In this document: in pieces, positions 54,075-64,000 of the stretch
Layout: each line of letters begins with the position of its first letter
Position numbering within the stretch: position 1 is the first letter of the stretch
From: Octopus vulgaris
Lineage: Eukaryota
Reading direction: 5' to 3'
Assembly (NCBI GenBank): GCA_951406725.2
Contig: OX597823.1
Coordinates: 88,722,001-88,786,000, forward strand
Length of the DNA: 64,000 bases
The notes under the pieces: model-generated
Database searches by the model: none
What the model saw: the letters and a program-made list of their open reading frames with translations, nothing else
Told to the model about the DNA's origin: nothing
Position numbers and translations under genes: made by a program

Positions 54075-54507
54075 GCAGACAGACAGACAGACAGATAGAC
54101 TGACGGACGGACAGACAGACATATGTATATCTACATCTAGAGGTAGATGTACACATACGTGGATAAAAACAGCCATCTTTTATGAACCAGCTGCCTAGGG
54201 ACTTTGAGAAATTAATCACTAAAGCGATATCATGATGAATCTCTATGTATTATTTGAATCCAAACATTGGCAGACCAACAGAGGCTGTCAGCAGTTATTA
54301 TTTTGTTTCCTTTATTTGTTTAACTATGTTTCTGCTCCGCTGTATTATTTGAAAAAGAATCGTTTAAATTGAAATATAATTGAGAAAAATAGGAAAAAGT
54401 AAATTCTGTTTCATAAATATCGCAGTGTTATGGCTTACAAATTAGTGTACAAATCTATATACAAGACAGTTCAAAGAAACCTCACAAACAAAACACTTTA
54501 AAACCAT

Positions 54508-54596
<89 letters not shown>

Positions 54597-55432
54597 TGTC
54601 ATATATATATACATGTATATATATATGTGTCATGTGCATAATATACGTATATATATATATATATATATATATAAATTATAACACACATATATACACATAT
54701 TCACTTCATAGATTTTTTAGACGCAACCACAGTGTATTATAGTATCTAAGACAGATTTTTATAATTAAATTACTATTTGCGACGCTTCGCGTGCGTGAAT
54801 TTTTAAACAAAATGAAAAAAGTATTCTATTCTGTTCTGACGCAGGAAGATTAGGGGATTACCGTGACATATTTTATGGCTTCTAGGTTACTCGGCAGAAA
54901 ACAAACACTCCTTCTTCCTTTTGCATTTGATGAGAACTTCATAGTAGTCGCTATTTACGTCAGATAAAGTCTAGTAATTAGCTGAAATTTTGAAAACACT
55001 AATTTTAACATGCATAATTAGTATGCAACATGATTTTAAATATTTTTATGCTTATTAACCAGGTGTGTGAGCAGTCGTTTTCCTCTGATGGGAAGCCAGT
55101 CAGACAAAGTATAAAAGTAATCATAAAAATTATCCTTGCGTGAATATAATCATTGTGAACGGAATAAGGTGTATTCTCATCACTTTCCTTTCTATAGTAA
55201 AGGCTTAAGTACTGTAATTTAATTACATGCAATATATGCAATATATTTTTTGTCTACATGTATGTAGCAGGGAATTCCAAACTGGACTCCGCTTCCACGG
55301 CTAAAACAATCAAGGAACTGGCGTTTTATATGTACCTATGACAGTCCTCTCCCACTCTCTCTCACTCACTCTCTCGATATATATATAGTTAGGTAGGTAG
55401 GTAGGTAGGCCCACGTATTTCTTGGTCGAAAC

Positions 55433-55503
55433 CGTCTCTTTAGTGGGTATAGAGTCCAATCATTTACGAAGCCCTTGTGGACTCTATACCCACTAAAGAC
55501 ACG
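55433..55503. repeat. Inverted repeat with 26-bp arms and 19-nt spacer
   Basis: cgtctctttagtgggtatagagtcca / tggactctatacccactaaagacacg (1 mismatch). Confidence 0.9.
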
Positions 55504-56344
55504 ATGTATATGGAATCTATTGGGCACACGTGTGAATGTGTGCGTGTGTGCGGGTATATGCGTATATAGATGTGTGCGAACATGCGAGTACGTGCGTATA
55601 TAGACATATTTTCCTGTATTTTGCCCTTAACCCTGTTTTTTCTTGTGTATGTGCGGATATAGACGTATGTATAACCCTTTTTGTGCGTGCGTATATAGAC
55701 GTGTGCGGGTACGTGCGCATATAGGCGTGTCCGTGTGCGTGCATAAGGGTATGTGCGTATATAGACGTGGTTTACTCTTTGTATGCTCCTTTATGATTTT
55801 TTTCTGTATTGTTACCCTTAACCCTGTCTTTTCTTGTGCTTGTGCGTATATAGCCGCGTGTATGAACCTTTATGGTGCACGCGTGGGTGGGGGGTGTATG
55901 TATATACATATACATTTGGCGAAGGATGAGAGTGAGGATGTGTACGTTTTCAAGTGTGGGTGGATGAATGTATACTTTTAGGCGCACGCACGTGGTGTGC
56001 AGGCGCACATGTGTAGGTATGATCACATTCGCCTACGCGAATAATATGGACTTTTTTACCCCCTTACTTTACTCCCTCCTCTTAATTAGCTGTCATTCGC
56101 ATAGTTCTTGTCTGAATAACGGTCAACAACACAGTAATTTCCCTTTGTATAACGGTCATTTTTCATATTTTTCCGATGGCCAGGTAACTGAAGAGATGGC
56201 GGCGTGGATTTCCACCTCGGCATCCAAAGCTCGGAGTTTTATCATGGCTACCGAATAATTGTCACATATCACATTTACAGATATATATATATATATATAT
56301 TATATATGTGTGTGCATATACTTATATATATTTTATATATATCT

Positions 56345-56387
<43 letters not shown>

Positions 56388-56499
56388 CATAAATATATAA
56401 TATATACATATAACATATGTATATATTACATACCATTATATTTAATATATATATATATTCATATACTATATACATATATATTATATATAAATTTTATAC

Positions 56500-56660
56500 A
56501 TATATATTTTATTCTCTCTCTGTTCATTTCCCTGTGTTTCTTTCTGTTGAACAGCGTATGTTCGAAACATAAAAGACTCTCTCACTCTCCCGAGCGTCAA
56601 ACTAATACACCTTCTTGTTGTTTATACACCTGTCATTGCCTTTTTGTCTTTCGGTAAATT
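56500..56660 (+). mobile_element. Penelope-like terminal repeat, relative of 60191-60405
   Basis: tttctgttgaacagcgtatgttcgaaacataaaag..cccgagcgtcaaactaatacac parallels ctgacgaagagctccgctcgaaacgttaaa..cctgagcgtccaataacac. Confidence 0.5.
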
Positions 56661-56696
56661 TTAATGTAATATATGCGTGTGTGTGTGTGTGTTTCT

Positions 56697-56920
56697 CTAG
56701 TTTCAGCTCGGAGCTTTGGCCATGCTGATGCACCGCCGTTTTGCTACCTTGTTATTACTAAGAGCTTCCTCTAATAAGTAGCACTTGGTGAAGCATGGAG
56801 TTTGATAGAGTACCCTCATTTGCGCCTCTTGCCGTGGGGTAGGTTCATCTACTTTGTGCAAGTTCCTCAGACTCTTTTGGAGAATATTAAAAAGCTGCGA
56901 GCCCTTGAAACCCAGGTTGT
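56697..56920 (-). mobile_element. 3' fragment of the same LINE family as 35573-37697, with internal deletion
   Basis: ctagtttcagctcggagctttggccatgctgatgcaccgccg..cccttgaaacccagg. Confidence 0.9.
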
Positions 56921-56957
56921 TGTATGTATATATAAATACACATAGAAAATAAATGAT

Positions 56958-57220
<263 letters not shown>

Positions 57221-58089
57221 GCCATTAGCTTGTTTTGAGAATATATCAATCATTTTATTTTGCACCTTCTTGGAAAATTGTAGAATTATGAAGCCTTTAT
57301 ACAAATCGCTTGTTACATAATCTAGTGCTCCTATGATGATACTTAAAAGTGAAAATACATAAACCGGAATAAAAGATCTGTGTTTCCTCTATTCTGCATA
57401 AAATTTCCCACCTATCGCGGATTCTAAACGAGATACTCTCATCCACTGGACTGCTGATCTGAACAACGGCGTATAACGTTTATTCCCAGCCCCATAAATT
57501 ATTTCTGTTCCCTTTCCAATATATATGTGAGTGAATGTATGTAAATGTGTGAGAGAGAGAGAGACAGAGAGAGAGAGTGTATGTGTGCGTGTATGAGTGT
57601 GTGTGTGTGTGTGTGTGTGTGTTTGCATGTGTGTGTGTGTGTGTGTGTTTGCATGCGTGTGTGTGCATGCTGTTTGTATGTATAAATATAGGATTATGAG
57701 AGTAAAAGTTAATATCATAACACGAATCGAAGTGTACCTAGAGTCTAAGTTATGGACCTATATAAAACCTTCACTGCCAGGTAGCATATATAAGAAAATT
57801 CCCAGAAATCTCTTTGCGTGTGAAGAGGAATATTCTGTGAATTTATGACCGGTGTGCATCGGCGAGATGATACTTTAATCTTCCATCAACGGTAACAAGT
57901 CCGGGAATTCGGATAGAAATTACTCATCTCAGTTTTATCTTACATAAAATAAGAAACCATGGAATCCATCGGAGGAAAATATATTGAACTTGAGATATCG
58001 TAGTATGTATGTGTGTATGTAATCTATATATGCATGTATGTATGTATATATGTGTGTATGTAGGATGGATGCATGTACATATAAATGTA

Positions 58090-58330
<241 letters not shown>

Positions 58331-59159
58331 GCATACATATTCATAGCATTGTACCAAGTACCTGTGGCTGCCGCAGCATGACCGCAGCAAATGCCTGAAG
58401 TCAGTTAAAGAATATAAAAGAAGATACATGTAATCTTTTGAAACAGAAAAATACTTGCAGAAATATAAAAATGCTCAGAAACCGGTAAAGTATTTTTTAA
58501 CAAATTTTTCTCCTGCAAGGATGCAAATGCAACGTTTCGCACACACACACAGACACACACAAACACACACGTATATACACTGAGGCACAAACACACAGAT
58601 ACACACAAACATATGTATATATGATAACACACACGCACACACTCACTGTAAGCGCACAATCCACATTCTTGTAAATAGGTGTCACATTGAAATGATACAT
58701 TCGTAAAGTATATGCGAACGATAAATACTTCAGCTTCGCTTACTAAAAATACACCGACACGATTCGGTTAAGTGCAAGGTTTCCCATTTACAACATTTAT
58801 ATATAGAAGGAAAGGAATTATACCGACATATTTCAGCGATGTGTGTACAGGGAATCCTTCATCCTGCCCATGATTCAATGCTCTGTGTGCATGTGTGTGT
58901 GTTGAAATATATATATACATGTATGCGTATGTGTGTGTGAATGTATGTATATATGTATATACATACGCACATATACATATGTATATACGTATGTAATGTG
59001 TGTGTGTATGTATGTATATATGTATTACATGCACACATATACATATGTAGTGTGTGTATGTGTGTGTTTGCTGATCGAAACTTCGAAATCACTGTCAACA
59101 ACGTTCCTGTTTAAGAATAAATATATATACCACACACACACAAGCACACACACAAACAC

Positions 59160-60185
<1,026 letters not shown>

Positions 60186-60190
60186 TGTTC

Positions 60191-60405
60191 AATATGTGAC
60201 CGCGTTTCTATCGTTGGCGATTTTTTTTGTCCCTCCGTCTTCCCTTCCTTGGACCTTTCCTTTTTCTATGTTTCTGACGAAGAGCTCCGCTCGAAACGTT
60301 AAATCCTCCTTCTCTCTTTCATTTCCTGAGCGTCCAATAACACTATACTTGTTCCACGTCCTCGCATTTTTGTGCTTTCTCTTTGTGTTTTCATGTTTGG
60401 ATTAT
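60191..60405 (+). mobile_element. Penelope-like terminal repeat ending in (TA)n
   Basis: Homologous to 18557-18762; contains the hammerhead core. Confidence 0.7.
60271..60303 (+). ncRNA. Minimal hammerhead ribozyme motif (PLE type)
   Basis: ttt-CTGACGA-a-GAGC tcc GCTC-GAAA-cgt-t-aaa, with palindromic AACGTT in place of helix III. Confidence 0.6.
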
Positions 60406-60419
60406 ATATATATATATTG

Positions 60420-60789
60420 GGATTGGAAGCACTCCGTCGGTTACGACGACGAGGGTTCCGGTTGATCCGAATCAACGGAACAGCCTGCTCGTGAAATTAA
60501 CATGTAAGTGGCTGAGCACTCCACAGACACATGTACCCTTAACGTAGTTCTCGGGGATATTCAGCGTGACACAGAGTGACAAGGCCGGCCCTTTGAAGTA
60601 CAGGTACAACAGAAACAGGAAGTAAGAGTGAGAGAAAGTTGTGGTGAAAGAGTACAGCAGGGATCACCACCATCCCCTGCCGGAGCTTCGTGGAGCTTTA
60701 GGTGTTTTCGCTCAATAAACACTCACAACGCCCGGTCTGGGAATCGAAACTGCGATCCTATGACCGCGAGTCCGCTGCCCTAACCACTT
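60420..60789 (-). mobile_element. tRNA-derived SINE (head X plus tail Q), embedded in (TA)n
   Basis: Reverse strand agtggttagggcagcggactcgcggtcataggatcgcagtttcgattccc (A and B boxes). Confidence 0.9.
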
Positions 60790-60829
60790 TATATATATAT
60801 ATAAACTTAGATATGTTCCCAAGAAAGAT

Positions 60830-61803
60830 TAGCACCACCTGATAGGATTATCGAAGTCCTGTTTAAGTCAAGTTTTGTTTATGGTCCATTCAAGTAGTGA
60901 GTTCTTGTTGGGTGAGTTGTAATTATGGGTGGCTTATCCGGTATTCCTTGAAGAAATCTAGCTCCGTTTAAAGTAGATGGGATTCTTTTTCCTCTTTGAT
61001 CTCTTTCGGTGACAATGTTAAACAGGGCAGGGCCTGTTGAGGAAAAAACATTATGTCGCAGTGTACCTATATGATGTGATCCTGAATTGGGCAGGGGACG
61101 TATGACCCATGGTCCCAGTCTTGGATGAACCTTGAAGCAAATGTTCAGGTTGGCGGTATATTCTCCCCATCGTACAAATGATGTACCGCTCGCGGCGGCG
61201 CTGGTGAGAGTAGTGTTTCAAGGCTTTAAGGCGGTCCCAATAATTGAGATCAACCATGCCTTCAATTCGTTTAGTGAGTGCTCTCTGGGGTGATTCAATC
61301 CACGAGATGTTTTGTCTTGTATGGGGAGACCACAGTGGGCAGCAGTATTCGAGGTGTGGCCGTACAAAGGAGGAGAAAAGTGGAACGATGACACCTTGTT
61401 GTCTGGACCGGAAGGTTCTTAAGATCCAGGAGCTCATGCTACAAGCTATATCGACCTTATTGTTGATGTGGGCACTCCAACTGAGATCGTCATCAACAAT
61501 TACGCCCAGGTCTCTGATATTGTTAGAGGCTGTGAGCGGTTCCACTGAAGGAAGAGAGTATGGCTGTTTTAGTGTGGTATTTCTTCCAAAATGCATCAGC
61601 TCAAATTTTCCCTCGTTCAGTTGCATTTTGTTTCTGTCTGCCCATTGACTCACAGCATATAGAACAGACTGGAGTTGAGTTCGGTCTTCTTCTTCATTGA
61701 TGATTTGCTGGAGCTTAGTGTTATCACCAAAAATTTTCACTTTGCAGTAATGTACGACACTGGAAAGGTCGTTTATGTAAATTATAAAGAGAAGCGGGCC
61801 CAA
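60830..61803 (-). pseudogene. 5'-truncated CR1/L2-group LINE RT fragment
   Basis: GPLLFIIYINDL..KIFGDNTKL..VRPHLEYCCPLWSP..YSHQRRRERY. Confidence 0.9.
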
Positions 61804-62455
61804 GACATATGTGTATATATATGTATATATGAATAGAATAGTTTCCTACACGATTCACGTGCGAGGCATTGGTCAGCAGAATACACTTACATAGGATGCC
61901 AAGCAGTGCAACTCAACACGTGAGCACTTGGTTTCACAACCAAGTTTCATAACTACACAAATAAGCTGTCGCTTATTATCAACGTTTTGTGACAAAAATA
62001 TTTTGATAAACAAGATACGACGAAATAAATGCAAATCGGATTAGTATACTTAGTTCAGGTAAATATTGGTAGCCGACAAAAAGACGAGAAAATATTGTGA
62101 CTAAATGAAATACAGAAAGATGATGGTTATTGAATGAACTCAAAGCTCAGACATTAACGCCAATACAAAGCGCCAACAGAATGATAATCGACAGAATATT
62201 ATTAAGTCTAGACAAGATTTATTTATTGAATGAACGGATGCCATTACAAAATCGTTGAAAATCTATCTATATCAAACAGCAGAAAAAAATGACAAAGTGG
62301 TTATATTTTTTTAAGTAGACTAGGAAAATCATTGCCTCCTTTTTAAAACGAAATATAATTCTAAGACTATCTATCAGTACAGACATACATAAGTATGTAT
62401 TATGTATGCATATATACGTATATGTATATATGTGTATACATATATATGTATATAT

Positions 62456-63068
62456 GCTTTTGCCCGACCCCACCTTGAATACTGCTGTCCACTGTGGTCC
62501 CTCCATACGAAGCAACACATTGTGAAAGTAGAAGCACTCCAGAGGTCAATAACAAGAAAGATAGACGGCATGAGAGGCATTGATTATTGAAGTCGACTAA
62601 AAAAAACTCAATCTCTACTCCTTCCAACGTCGCCGGGAGCGCTACATCCTTTGTGTTATGAGGAAAATATTCCATCAATATTTTATAAATGATGTTGGCA
62701 TCCATTTTAAAATCTTTCCAAGACTTGGCCCCCGTGCTATCCGCCAACTACAAAAATCGAACTCGGTGCACATATCAACATTACGTCACAATTACTTTAC
62801 TTCAATTGGTCCAGCTCTATTTAATAAGTCGAAATACGTCAAAACAGAAACGGATCCCATAAAATTCAAGTGTTTACTGGACAAATTTCTTCAAAAATTC
62901 CTGGACCAACCTCCTACACCTGGATATGTCTCCAACAATAATAACTTTTTGCTAGAGTGGGCCATGGTACCCCATATGTGACTAAAAGAGTTCGCCTTGT
63001 GGTGCTATTAAGTTAGACATGTACTGGGCCTATACTGGCCGAAACCTAACAAAGTTATCAAAGTTTTA
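62456..63068 (+). pseudogene. CR1/L2-group LINE 3' fragment
   Basis: FARPHLEYCCPLWS..LYSFQRRRERY..GPALFN..LDKFL..DQPPTPGY. Confidence 0.88.
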
Positions 63069-63078
63069 TCGATATATA

Positions 63079-63680
63079 TTAGGTTGGCAACTAAGTTCCC
63101 GCCGTCTTTGTTTTAATTTAAACTTTTTAAAAGGATTAAATTAATTAATAATGCATTTACCCTTGTTTACAACTTCTTCCCAAACTTCTACAAGATTTTC
63201 AATACCCCGTCCGTAGAAATCACCCGATTTCGGCACGAAAAATTGATCCAAGCAAGCTCTCAATTCTGCATCAGTATTGAATGAAACTCCACGCATAACA
63301 ATGAAAGAAATTGAATAAGGTGGAAATCCATCGGTATCAAATCAGGAGAGTACAGTGGATGTAGTAGCAATTTCCAAACATGCGTTTGAATGACTTCCAT
63401 GGTCATACTGGCGATATGTGGGCGGGCGTTGTCGTGCAGCAGAACTCCATGCTGCCGATTAAGTCTTTTCTCTTGAATAGCCGTGTTGAATGGTTCCATC
63501 TGTTGAACATAGAGTTCTGCGTTGACCGTTTGGTTCCGTTCAAGCAATTCGTAATGGATAATCCCTTCCCAGTCCCACCATACACACAACATCGTTTAAC
63601 TCGTATGAAGATCTTGTTTCACGCGCGGTGTCGCTTATTTACCGGGCTAAGCCATTCCTTACGCTGCTTCATATTGATGT
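63079..63680 (-). mobile_element. Mariner 3' half (DD34D transposase), third family
   Basis: TA + ttaggttggcaactaagttcccgcc TIR; MLCVWWDWEGIIHYELL..LLHDNARPH..YSPDLIPMDFHL. Confidence 0.9.
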
Positions 63681-63990
63681 ACAGGCACCATTTTTCGTGG
63701 CTGAATATATAATGGCCTTGATAATACAGGCTCCATTTAGTCGGCACAAGTCTTTATCCCTGCAGGAATAGCTGGCTTCGTGTTTTTGTGTTGTATTGCG
63801 CGTAATTACGCTTTTAAAGTTGGGAGTGGAACTAAAGCTAATGTTTAGGTTATGCCTATTAAAGAGTTTACTATATTTGTGATGTAATGGAAAATATCCA
63901 TCTATAAGTGACAAGAAATATTTGCCTACATTAAAGGTCATTGCGGAGGAGTAAAGTGATGTGAACTAGATAATTTTCCTGTGTCTCTTT
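63669..63990 (-). pseudogene. Penelope-like ORF fragment (linker upstream of GIY-YIG)
   Basis: NVGKYFLSLIDGYFPLHHKYSKLFNRHNLNISFSSTPNFKSVI..CRLNGACIIKAIIYSA. Confidence 0.8.
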
Positions 63991-64000
63991 CCTTTCCTTT

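Noticed and set aside
60730-60789. tRNA-like A and B box sequences
   Set aside because: They are SINE heads with SINE bodies attached, not complete tRNA cloverleaves

Overview
AT-rich eukaryotic non-coding DNA with very dense microsatellites ((TA)n, (CA)n, (TAA)n, (GATA)n) and transposon debris. The SINE repertoire and repeat landscape are typical of an octopus (coleoid cephalopod) genome; this is an inference. I find no intact host protein-coding gene, and most listed ORFs are translations of simple repeats. Recognisable content: several tRNA-derived SINE families with swapped heads and tails; a young 5'-truncated CR1/L2-group LINE; RTE fragments; mariner copies; autonomous-derived and non-autonomous Helitrons; a Gmr1-type Gypsy fragment (gag-PRO-INT order); and Penelope-like GIY-YIG fragments. 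Most notable: (i) small (TA)n-embedded Penelope-like terminal repeats carrying minimal hammerhead-ribozyme motifs and foldback junctions; (ii) a SINE/LINE pair sharing a 3' tail with a covarying hairpin; (iii) local templated or inverted duplications; (iv) a perfect 50-bp palindrome. Repeat boundaries are approximate unless TIRs or TSDs are quoted. The SINE family labels A-E are my own.
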